From the NCBI RefSeq assembly GCF_035084215.1, contig NC_090358.1, positions 11,532,001 through 11,596,000 of the forward strand: 64,000 bases of DNA, given 5' to 3'. The DNA is from Heptranchias perlo. Taxonomy: Eukaryota. How positions within the stretch are numbered: the first letter of the stretch is position 1; each line of letters begins with the position of its first letter. Under the pieces are notes generated by a model. It made no database searches and was not told the origin of the DNA. It worked only from the letters and a program-made list of their open reading frames with translations. Of this stretch, positions 26,319 to 37,235 are shown piece after piece. A program made the position numbers and the translations under genes.

Positions 26319-26770
26319 GTCAGCTGTGGTTCAGTGGTAGTACTCTTGCCTCTGAGTCAGAAAGTTGTGGGTTCAAGTCCCACTCCAGAAACTTGAACAC
26401 AAAATCTGGGCTGATACTCCAGTGCAGTACTGAGGAGGTGCTGTCAATTGGATGAGAAATTAAACTGAGGCCTTGTCTGCCCTCCCAGAGTGGATATAAA
26501 AGAATCCATGACACTATTTGAAGAAGAGAAGGGAAGTTCTCCCCAGTGTCCTGACCAACATTTAATCCCTCAACTAACATCACTAAAACAGCTTATCTGG
26601 TCATTGTCGCATTGTTGTTTGCGGGATCTTGCTATGTGAAAATTGGCTGCTGCGTTTCTTACATTACAACAGTGACTTCACTTTAAAAGTACTTCATTGG
26701 CTGTAAAGTGCTTTGGGACGTCCTGAGGTTGTGAAAGGCGCTATATAAATGCAAATCTTTCTTTTCTTTA
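26319..26770 (+). mobile_element. Full-length DeuSINE (SacSINE1-like): tRNA head, Deu core, L2-type tail
   Basis: A box tggttcagtgg, B box ggttcaagtcc; core ...ggtcattgtcgcattg...aattggctgctgcgttt...; tail aggcgctatataaatgcaa-tctttctttt. Confidence 0.85.
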
Positions 26771-27744
26771 TAGGATTGTAAGTGTGTTCCTCTTAAATTC
26801 TGTTTATGGAGTATTACCAGAGGAGCCTTTACTTTATCATTGGTCTTCAGCAGCCAATTTACAACCTGTTTTATTTAGGCTCAGTGTATCTAGAAACAGA
26901 TACTAAGGTGTAGAAGTTAGCCCGCAGCCTGTCTTGAGTTTTGTAGTCTAAATACAGGTTCCACAACATCTAACCAACAGTCTGTTCTGGGTTTAATCAC
27001 TGTTGAGTCTGAGCTCTGTTTTTAACAGTTTTTTCCAGCTTTTTCAAATTTCACTGAGTTTACAGCAATGCATTGCCTATGGCCAAAGCTAATGATTATC
27101 AAGGTTGTCTTTCGATTGCTACTGGGCCATCTAATTAATGATGTCACCGAACCACTAAATCAAAGCACTTTTAGTTTTTCAGCTCAAAACTAGCTTTTCA
27201 GTCCATCTGAATTCATCAAGTGAAACCTTGTGTTACAATGCAATGACCCTGTGCACACAAGAAACATGCTCAATACAGCTTTCAGTTCCTGATATATTTA
27301 GCCTCATAATAGCTTCTTTCGGAATATTTTCCATACTGAGATCTCATTTAATTGGCCCCAACCTCTGAATACATATCTAAAATAACCAACTTGGCATCAG
27401 AGCCCAAATTAAAGCTACTTGAAACCCCTAATTCCACATCTAACTGCTTTACCAATATTACATACACAATGACAAACTATGAGATGTTTGTGGTCTGGTT
27501 TGTTATGTTTATTCTGAACTTTGAGCCGCTTTGCCTCCATGTGGTATGGAAAGTTCTATTTGTTACATGCATTATATTGCACAGTGACGCAGATTGTTTC
27601 AGGAAACCAAACGCAATGGGGAGGGGAGGTGCAGTGTGCATAATGCCTCCAGGCGCAAACATGTTTGAATTCTTAGCTTTTGCAGCTGCAATTGTGAATT
27701 TGGCTGCAATGTTACAAAACTGTTTTGAGAACATAAACAATTAG

Positions 27745-28250
27745 GAATGAAGAAGGCCGTCCAGTTCATGAAGCCTGCTCTGTCATTCAGGCCCAACTTT
27801 AGGATGCAAGATGACCATGTACTTTTTTTCTGACTGACCCAATATCCTTCCATTCCTTTTTTGAACCAGAACTTAATCCAATCCCTTTTCGAATGCTTCA
27901 ACTCAGATCAAGTTTGCTGGACAAGGTAAGAGAATTTTGCCCGAAGAAGGTAGAAAAGTCAGGGATGAGAAAAGGCCATTTAGTACATTAGCTCTCTTTT
28001 CATGGCATCTAAATACCTTTCAAATAATCCAAATGTTTTTGCCTCTTGTTCTGCTTGGTGGATTATTCCAAACATTGAACACTTCTTGAGTAAAGAAGTT
28101 TTTCCTAATATTTTTTCTCAATTTACTTTTCACTAGCTTCCAATTTGGTTCTAATTTTCTGGCATGCTTTGAAGCAATAAGACTATTTAATGTTTAATAC
28201 GCTTTGATGAGGTTCCTTCTTAATTATTTTCTTCCTAGGATTTTTAGCCC
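27745..28250 (-). mobile_element. Old CR1 3' fragments
   Basis: KHSKRDWIKF-like segment and aaagaagtttttcctaat (reverse of RKNFF); strongly decayed. Confidence 0.45.
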
Positions 28251-28368
28251 CAAATGTTCTGTCTAAAATATTCGTTGTGAATCTATGGCTGAATTTCAGA
28301 CACCTTTATAAAGAGGTCCCATACTATCATCGAGACAAGCATGATGTGCCCTACTAATGTGAATATAT

Positions 28369-28792
28369 GTAAGGAATCTTACAACACCAGGTTATAGTCC
28401 AACAGTTTTATTTGAAAATCACAAGCTTTCGGAGGCTTTCTCCTTCGTCAGGTGAAGTGTGGGATTCCATGAAGGTTACCGCATATATAGTCAGAGAACA
28501 ATGCCTGGTGATTACAGATAATCTTTCCAACTGCCCGTTGTCAAGGCAATCAAAGTGTTCAGACAGAGAGACATTACATATAGGACCACCGAATATACAA
28601 ACGGCCAGAACAAAAGACAGAGAGAGAGAGAGAGAAACATCCGAAAGGAAGAGAAAGAGAGAGAATGACCCGTTGTATTAAAAACAGATAACTTTTTTTG
28701 CTGGTGGGGTTACGTGTAGCGTGACATGAACCCAATATCCCGGTTGAGGCCGTCCTCATGGGTGCGGAACTTGGCTATCAATTTCTGCTCGA
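28369..28792 (-). mobile_element. Penelope-like element 3' fragment: GIY-YIG C-terminus, 3' UTR with (TC)n, hammerhead motif at 28419-28455
   Basis: Minus 28790-28710 encodes EQKLIAKFRTHEDGLNRDIGFMSRYT*; then tcac-CTGACGA-aggagaaagcctcc-GAAAGCTT-gtga and AATAAA. Confidence 0.85.
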
Positions 28793-29270
28793 ATTTCTAC
28801 AATGGCCTATTTGGACACAACACTCAGCTGTTGACTATTTTTGCAGATCTTTAGGGTGATTTAAGCGGTAAAATTGAAATGTGTACACACTACAGAACTA
28901 AAGCAATTCAACTCCACTAACACAGGCTGGTAAAGTGCGGGAATGGCCTAAAGTTCAATCCACGATAATCTTATTTCTCCTAAAAATACCTGCTGCATTA
29001 GACATATGACAAGCAAGGTCAGCTATCTATAGCCCGAGATATTAATAACTTAATGGCAGAGGCTGTGGACACTGTTAACAGTTCAAAAGAGTTTGTAAAC
29101 AAGCAACTTAAAACAGAAAAGTATGAAGGCAAGTGTTTAGTTTAATTGTTTATCAATCAAGAAGTGGCTCAGTGTTGCATTGGCCCTCAGTGCTACTTCA
29201 AACTACAATTCCAAGAATTTGAAGTGAGTGATCGATAATCTCAGGATCTGAACGAGGCAGCACTGATTGA

Positions 29271-30638
29271 ATGATGCAGCCTCCAGCAGGTTATGTGCGT
29301 GTGAAAGTGGAGGATGAGCTTTTCACTGTTGAGAAGTGCATGCTGATTGAGAGCAGCGACTACTTCAGGGCTCTCTTTGGGTCTGGCATGCGGGAGTGCA
29401 CTCAGGAGGAGATCCAACTGCAGGAGTTACCGGCCCGTGGCTTTGGTGTAATGCTGAAGGTTCTAAGAGGCGATCAGCCTAGTCTGAACAGCGAGGAAAT
29501 CCTTGATGCCATTGAATGTACAGCGTTTCTACTAGTGAAGCCTCTGACAGAGCATCTTATTCATGTTGTCAGTTCAAATAACTGCACTCTAATGTTCCAG
29601 GCTGCAGCTACGTATGGGGTATTCGACTTGATTCATGCTTCAGCTCTGTTTATGAGGGATGTTTATGCCAATGTAAGGGAAGATTTGAGCTTTTTGCCTG
29701 AAGATCAGTTGGATTATATTGAATCCCTGTCTCCCAGTACATTTGTGGCCGTGGCCACTCACTCACCCTCAGTTGAACTTTTGGATGATATTTCTAGAAC
29801 CATCTGCTATTTGGATGAAGAAGAGAACAAGTAGAGAACCTTGACCTCATTACCAGACAAAGCCAGCACTTCTCTGGCCGGCATTGCTGTGCTGGACAAC
29901 AATATCTATATAGTTGGAGGGGTTGGTGGACTGAGGAAGCAGGTAGTAAAGCTTAGTTTTTGCTACGATACTGAAAGAAATAGCTGGAGCGAATTTTCAA
30001 GTCTTCAGCATCTTCGTTACAACCTAACACTGACAGGACAAGATGGTTGCCTCTTTGCCATGGGAGGAATGTACAAGAATACAATGCTTGCAACTGTGGA
30101 GAAGTACCATGTGGCATCCAACACATGGTCCTTCGCTGCACATCTGCCTAGACCTGGAGAGGGTATAGCGTGTACACGCGCAATGGGCAGGATCTTCATA
30201 TGCCTTTGGTTACCAATGGACACCACGGACATCTACGAGTACAGGACCCACAAAGATGAGTGGCTGTTGGTAACCACACTAAAGCGCCAACAAAGTTATG
30301 GTCATTGCATGGTCGCACATATGGACAATCTGTATGTGATGAGAAACGGACCAGCAGATGATTTTTTGAGGTGCATGATTGATTGCTTTAATCTCACTAG
30401 GCAACAATGGACTGCTTTGTCTGGCCAGTATGTGAACAGCAAAGGTGCACTTTTCACAGCGGCCATCAAAGGCGATACAGTTTTTACAGTAAACAGAGCG
30501 TTAACCTTGGTTTATAATATACATGAAGATAAATGGAAGCCAGCAAAGGAAGAGGCTGGATTTCCTCGATGTGGTTCTATTCATACCTTCTTACTTAGGC
30601 TGCCAAAGAATAGACAGTCTGCTCTGCACCAAAACTAA
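29271..30638 (+). pseudogene. KBTBD13: KBTBD13 (BTB-BACK-Kelch, single exon) with one in-frame TAG at 29832-29834; 455 codons if read as Trp. Pseudogene status uncertain
   Basis: SDYFRALFGSGMRE (BTB), SRTICYLDEEENK*RTL, QSYGHCMVAH, RNGPADDFL, GQYVNSKGALFTA, EAGFPR all match human KBTBD13; both ORF halves are in one frame; syntenic with RASL12. Confidence 0.9.
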
Positions 30639-31369
30639 GTTTGGGAAGATATTTGTAATGTCCCTCATGTGCCTTTTAATTCTAGAAACTGATACAAGGA
30701 TAAGGTAGGCATGGGGAAAGGACATTCTGCAAATCTAACTCAACCAATTGTTTAGATTCATCTGTCGGACCTGCTCAAATTATTTTTATCTTTCACTTGT
30801 CCAGGCATTAAAGTGGTCGCACAATTATCCGAATGAGGAATCTGTCCATTTCCTTTTCTGAATGCTTCAATTAAATCATCATTCACAGGTTCAGAAGGTA
30901 ATTCATTCCATAAGTCTTCTAAATGCCAAATTCACAGTTTCCTTAGTTTACAATCATGCCCCCGATTTTCTTCTCCTTGGGAATGTGAATCCTAGATGAT
31001 TAACTCCTGAGAAAGCTAAGATAACGCATATCGATGCTAAACTAAACAAAAGATGATCAGAAAAATAGTTTCGTATGGGAGTCTTGCTTCTAGCATCTGT
31101 CCACCACTCTTCAAATGCTACACCAAAGTATTAAAAGAAAAAAAAAAGTCATTTTCATGATGCTTTCTTCTGACTTGGAGCTGGAAATTTAAGATTCACC
31201 TGCCAATTCTGTAAACTTCCTTCACCAACAACAATTAACCTCTAATTGACGTCAGGATTTAAAGCAATTAGTCTTTGTGCCCTTAAAGGGACAGGCCGAT
31301 TAAACACTATTGCAGCTTAGCGGCAGAATAAAACATTGTGCATTACATGGTCTAATACTCTTGTTGCTT

Positions 31370-31445
31370 TAACAACAGCAACTTGCATTTATATAGCACC
31401 TTTAATGTAGTAAAATGTCCCAAGGCGCTTCACAGGAGCGTTATC
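31370..31445 (-). mobile_element. DeuSINE/L2 3' tail fragment
   Basis: acaacagcaacttgcatttatatagcacctttaatgtagtaaaatgtcccaaggcgcttcac. Confidence 0.65.
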
Positions 31446-31905
31446 AAATCGTCTGACTTGCAGTGAGCAATGCTACATAAGATCTGCTGGTTGCTCACTC
31501 ACAAAACAATAATTGGTGCTTCTGCATATATCCATTGTTTACATCGAGTCGATCTTTATTAAACTAGTATCCAACCATAAATGTAAAATTCTCTTAATTC
31601 TCTTACTTCAGCAAGTTAGACTTCAGAACTAGAAAAACACAGCTGCTTGTAGTTTGTTCTGCATACTGTATTTTCGCACTGATTTCAACCGTTACCTATT
31701 ACATGATGTTTGAACATCAGCCCACAACGGTCTACTGAGCTTCTAAACATCAGAGTTGTGGCTTCTGATCCTTCTAATCCATATAAGAATGACTGTCATT
31801 TTCAGTATCTCTGTTTTGGTCCATAGTACACTTTAAACTATTTTTCAGTGATATTAATTAGATCTATGGTCCCACTCCCAGCAAACACCTTTAGGAAGAA
31901 ATAAT

Positions 31906-32244
31906 GGGGTGAATTTTAACTCCCACCATTACGGGTGGGAGAGAGTTGAGGGAGGGGGAGGGGTGGGGTGGGGTTAAGTCGGCAAATTTGCGAAACCCGA
32001 TCCCATCCCGCCACAAACACGCCTGCATCCGTTTTAACCGCGGTGGGTTTGGGGATGTCCGAGTAACTCACTCTGGAGAGGCGGGTCCGTGATTATAATA
32101 TGTAAATGAGGCTCCAGGGCTCGGGAAACCTGGCAGCTAAAGGGAAAAAAATGATAATGATGCCCCGCTTCCGGCATTTCCAGGCTTCCTCCCCGCAAAC
32201 GCATGGCCCCGCTCCCTCCCCACCTCCCTGTAAATATCGGGGCC
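31906..32244. mobile_element. Harbinger-type MITE
   Basis: Ends ggggtgaatttt and aaatatcggggcc, TSD AAT. Confidence 0.65.
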
Positions 32245-32284
32245 AATATTTCTGGCATTTGTGTTCATGGTATCATGGTAAGTA

Positions 32285-33188
32285 CAGCATAGGAGGAGGC
32301 CATTCGGCCCATCATGCCTGTGTCAGCTCTTTGAAAGAGCAATCCAATTAGTCCCACTCCCCTACTCTTTCCGCATGGCCTTGTAAATTTTTTCCCTTCA
32401 AGTATTTATCCAATTCCCTTTTGAAAGTTACTATCGAATCTGCTTCCACCATCATTCCAGGCAGTGCATTCCAGATCATAACAACTCGCTGCATTAAAAA
32501 AATGTTTCCTCATGTCGCCTCTGGCTGTTTTGCCAATCACCTTAAATCTGTGTCCTCTGGTTACCGACTCTTCTGCCAACGGAAACAGTTTCTCCTTATT
32601 TATTCTGTCAAAACCGTTCAAGATTTTGAACACCTCTATCAAATCTCCCCTTAACCTTTTCTGTTCTAAGGAGAACAACCCCAGCTTCTCAAGTCTCTCC
32701 ACATAATCTAAGTGCCTCATCCCCGGTACCATTCAAGTAAATCTCTTCTGCACCTTCTCTAAGGTCTTGACATCCTTCCTAAAGTGTGGTGCCCAGAATT
32801 GGACACAATACTCCAGTTGAGGCCTAACCAGTGTTTTATAAAGGATTAACATTACCTCCTTGTTTTTGTACTCTATGCCTCTATTAATAAAGCCCGGGAT
32901 CCCATATGCTTTTTTAACAGCCTTCTCAACTTATCCTACCACCTTCAAAGATTTGTGTATGTGCACCCCCAGGTCTCTCCTGCACCCCCTTTCAAATTGT
33001 ACCATTTAGTTTACATTGCCTCTCCTCATTCTTCCTCAAAGTGCGTCACTTCACACTTCTCTGCGTTAGATTTCATCTGCCATGTGTCTGCCCATTTCAC
33101 CAGTCTGTCTATGTCCTCCTGAAGACTGTTACTATCCTCTACACTGTTTACTACATTTCCGTGTTTTGTGTCATCTGCAAACTTTGAA
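32285..33188 (-). mobile_element. CR1 3' fragment
   Basis: KFADDTK...WQMKSNAEKCEVTHF; YVERLEKLGLFSLEQKRLRGDLIEVFK. Confidence 0.92.
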
Positions 33189-35199
33189 GACCTCGGTGAT
33201 TCATTAGGACTTTTCTTGTTACTCACCCCATTCCTTAAACTATTTTCTCTTAACATTTTTAAACCCGTTTTTATCATCATAAGTTGTCCTACCTTCCATA
33301 CAAACAGTACCATACTCTTGGTGAACTGCCTGGTCACCTGTCCCTACTAATTTAAATACTTGCCAATCACAATTTCAGCTCCCAGTGTCAGCAAGTGTTA
33401 GACCTTAATCTATTTAAATATTATCCATACCCCATTTGCCCATCTCCACAAATTCCACCCCCGCACCACTCCTGTTATCCAGAGGGGAATGTGAACTTGC
33501 CCTAATTGTTCATTTTTTTCCCAACGTAACTTTGAACTGTATGCACTGGGGGCTGTACCTTTCTTATTGATCATGCCTGGTTAGTCACAGGATAGTTTTG
33601 GATGAGGATTTTTTTCCAGGATTTAGTATCCGTAAGGATTTTCACATTTTCCATTTGGAACCATTACAGCTGGTTTATTTTTGCAGCACCGCAGTTTGCT
33701 TCAAATGTATTTCTGAGAATTATTTTCAAGTGCTATTAGGTTGAAAATAGTGTTCTAATTGGCAGTTGGATGTAAGCCAAACAGTAAAAGGAATCTAATC
33801 TAAAGCACCTTAAGGAAAACATTTTAACCCTTTTCTGAATAGATTGGTTTCAATACATATAAAAATACACAAACACATATATAGCTATTCAGATATCTAC
33901 CTTGTAGATAATTATACCTGTACAAGTATGATCCCATCTATTTTGTAAAAGTAATAGTAGAGCCTGGTATTATTAAGTAGAAGTAAAGTTGTGTTGGAGA
34001 GTGTTCCCTCCATGATGCAAATTTGTTAGGACGTTTGAAATTCCCTCACCTTGGAATTTACCAGATTACTCATGCCTGTTGTGGTCAGAATAGGACAGAC
34101 TGGGAGCAACACGCCCTTTGATTGAAGAAAATAAGAAAGAAAGAAAATATACAGTTTCCTGAATTGTGCCAAATGTCATTCATTTGGACACAGAGATGAA
34201 CTGGGTGGAAGGTGCTGCAGATAATTTCATTATAATTCGAGTTTTATCTTGTTGAAATCCTTCCATTTGTCCGGTAGCTCGAGGGAAACATCTCCATATA
34301 TAGATCTGTGTCAGCCTTGCCAAATGAGCTGGATCTAAGACCTGGATTTTTTTTGTATAACTGTTTGCCTGCCCCGATAATTTAAGAATCTGACGACCAG
34401 TGCTAAGGAGATTCAGGGTGGAGGTGATGGCGATGGTGATGGTATCTCTCTGCCATCTCTCCAATGTTTCAAACTTATTATAGACAATCCGTTCCGTTTT
34501 TGGCAATAGATGGGCCAGATCAGAAACAAAATCTCCCTCCCACCACAATCCCGGATTAACCTGAAACCAGAAATTCACACTTTATGCTTTTAAAAAACAA
34601 AATAGCAAGCACATTGTTGACTAAAGCAGAGGAAAAACAGGATGAATCTATTATAATCATGTTATATTCATTTTTCATGCACAAGCCAAGTTCAATTGAA
34701 TTCTAGAACCGTTTATGCAACCAGAAAAGAAAATATAATCTTAGACTTGGATTTAGAATCTTATGCTGTGAGTAAATCTGTAACTTTACTGCGTCAATGT
34801 ATTTTTAAACTGCACACAAGCCAAAAACAAATTCAAACCTGTAAGCATGGGTATTGCAAATGCACAGTTGGGATTAAGTCTGGCATTATGGTGTGCACAC
34901 ACATTTCACATACAATAAAGACAGTATGACCATTGGTCACTGGTGGGACACTGAAAATGATAGAGTGTGTGGTGAGCTGCAAGTTTTATAAGTTGAAATA
35001 CATCATGATAGAACACCCACAATGCCATTCTCAATGTCCCTTTATCATGGCAGGTGACGGCTGGTGCCCATGGCTGAAGCCATAGGGATAAAGGAAACTG
35101 CGATACACTTTCTGCAATGGTCCTTTTACATTTGATCTCTAGTGATCTACCAAAGGAGATGTCTGGCCTCGTGCTGGGTATTTGTCTGCCTAATCCTTT

Positions 35200-35290
35200 T
35201 TGTAAACAATTTTACAACACCAAGTTATAGTCCAGCAATTTTATTTTAAATTCACAAGCTTTCGGAGGCTACCTCCTTCCACAGGTGAAT
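35200..35290 (-). mobile_element. Penelope-like terminal fragment, hammerhead core mutated (CTGTGGA)
   Basis: Near-identical to 19297-19385. Confidence 0.7.
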
Positions 35291-36624
35291 TGAGAAAAGC
35301 TCAGCCATATGCTCAGACACGCAGCGGTAAATGTAAAGAGCCTTAGTTTTCTTGGACTTAGTTGTTTTCTCATTGTGATTTGGTCAGTTTGAGAAATTTT
35401 AAACATTATGGGTTCAGATCGTACAGACTATCAACACTGAGTCAGGTTCACTCATTTCTATCTATCTCCAACTCCTCTACCCAGCCATAATCTATATGAT
35501 CATGGCCATTAAGTGCAGATGCCCACCCACCGCCAGAAATCAGAATATCACCTCCTCACACACACTAAATGGTAATAATAATAATTGTTTTTTTTTTCCA
35601 GAAGAATTGAGAGAAATTGGAACTAACCATCACAGTCACCACTTGCAGTAAAATGCAAGGGTCAGCTCAAACACATACATTGAGAATGCCAAACCCCACA
35701 TAAGTTTCAGTGATTCTGCCCCTCCCTGTTGGATTAATGCTGGAGAGGATGTGGCCAAGTATGGCACACCTTCTGGTCCTGCCCCTAAATCTAACCATTT
35801 CGGAAAAGATCTGCCACAAAGGGCACGGCCAGCGTTGACATCTCCTCAGAGCTATTCTCGTCTGTAGGCCTGCTCCCAGGGCTGCAAAGCATACCTGAGA
35901 TGCAAAGACTACCACAACTCCCACTGCTGGTGTCGACGTATCTGTTCCCCGCTATGGCGAAATCTTACCCCTCCCACCTTATTTATGTGGATTAAGCAGT
36001 CGTAGGGCATATGCCAGTCATCTGCCTAGAACTGGGAAAGTGCATGCAGCCTGGACCTCCTGTCCTAGAGGCCTCTACAACAAGTCTCCTCTTACAAACC
36101 CCACTACATACTCCTGTAAAAGAATGGATAGGTTGATTCTTGACTGACATGGACAGTGCACCATCCATGATCCTCAGCTGTCCATAAAGTGACCAAGACC
36201 AAAAAGCACCTCTTGAAATTGTAAGATAGTCCCTGTACCCCCACATCCTGATGTGGTGCCTGCCTGCCCCATGCCAGCCTTCATCCTGAAGTAAGTTAAA
36301 CTACTATACAAACACACACAACTATGCTGACAGTGTGCTCTCCTGTAAGTCAATGCTGAGAATATATATCACCAAATATACTGACTGAGTGTTTAAACTG
36401 CTCCTATCTGCGTCTGGCTGATGTATACAATAGGCAGGAATTCTCACAAGAAAATGAATGGCAGCGAGTGGGAGAGGGAATTGGGACATGAATGGCAATG
36501 AAACAAAGAAAAAAGGGGACAAAGAAAGGCAAGAGGGAAGGGATAGAAGCTTGGAGCAGTTCTTTGGGAGGAAAGGGGAAAATTGGCAGCAGTGCTTTGG
36601 GGTAGCAGAGATAGGAGAATGGCA

Positions 36625-37235
36625 ACATTAACTGAGGGGGAATGAGAGGGAGAGTGCCACCATTAACTGAGGGGGCAGGGAGAAACTAGTGCCAGAATTA
36701 ACTAAGGGGGCGGAATTAACTGAGGGGACGGGGGAAACTAGTGCCAGAATTAACTGAGAGGACGGGGGGAATTAGTGCCAGAATTAACTGAGAGGACGGG
36801 GGGAATTAGTGGCAGAATTAATTGAGAGGACGGGGAAAACTAGTGCCAGAATTAACTGAGAGGACGGGGGGAATTAGTGCCAGAATTAACTGAGAGGACG
36901 GGGGGAATTAGTGCCAGAATTAACTGAGGGGACGGGGGGAATTAGTGGCAGAATTAATTGAGAGGACGGGGAAAACTAGTGCCAGAATTAACTGAGAGGA
37001 CGGGGGGAATTAGTGCCAGAATTAACTGAGAGGACGGGGGGAATTAGTGCCAGAATTAACTGAGGGGACGGGGGGAATTAGTGCCAGAATTAACTGAGGG
37101 GACGGGGGGAATTAGTGCCAGAATTAACTGAGGGGACGGGGGGAATTAGTGCCAGAATTAACTGAGGGGACGGGGGGAATTAGTGCCAGAATTAACTGAG
37201 GGGACGGAGGAAATTAGTGCCAGAATTAACTGAGG
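36625..37235. repeat. 34-bp G-rich minisatellite, about 16-17 copies
   Basis: Unit gaattaactgag(a/g)ggacggggggaattagtgcca, head-to-tail, degenerate at the left edge. Confidence 0.97.

Noticed and set aside
26319-26395. tRNA gene (also the heads at 40891 and 45862)
   Set aside because: A/B boxes are present but continue into SINE/LINE bodies; no convincing cloverleaf or Pol III terminator follows
27352-27744. 130-aa hydrophobic ORF
   Set aside because: No ATG context, splice signals or family motif that I can recognise; likely chance in AT-rich sequence
29271-30638. Two separate genes (BTB ORF and Kelch ORF), an intron, or selenocysteine recoding at the break
   Set aside because: The halves are colinear with single-exon KBTBD13 with no extra bases, so there is no intron; the stop is TAG, not TGA
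36625-37235. CRISPR-like array
   Set aside because: Units are contiguous with no unique spacers, there are no cas genes, and the context is eukaryotic; it is a minisatellite
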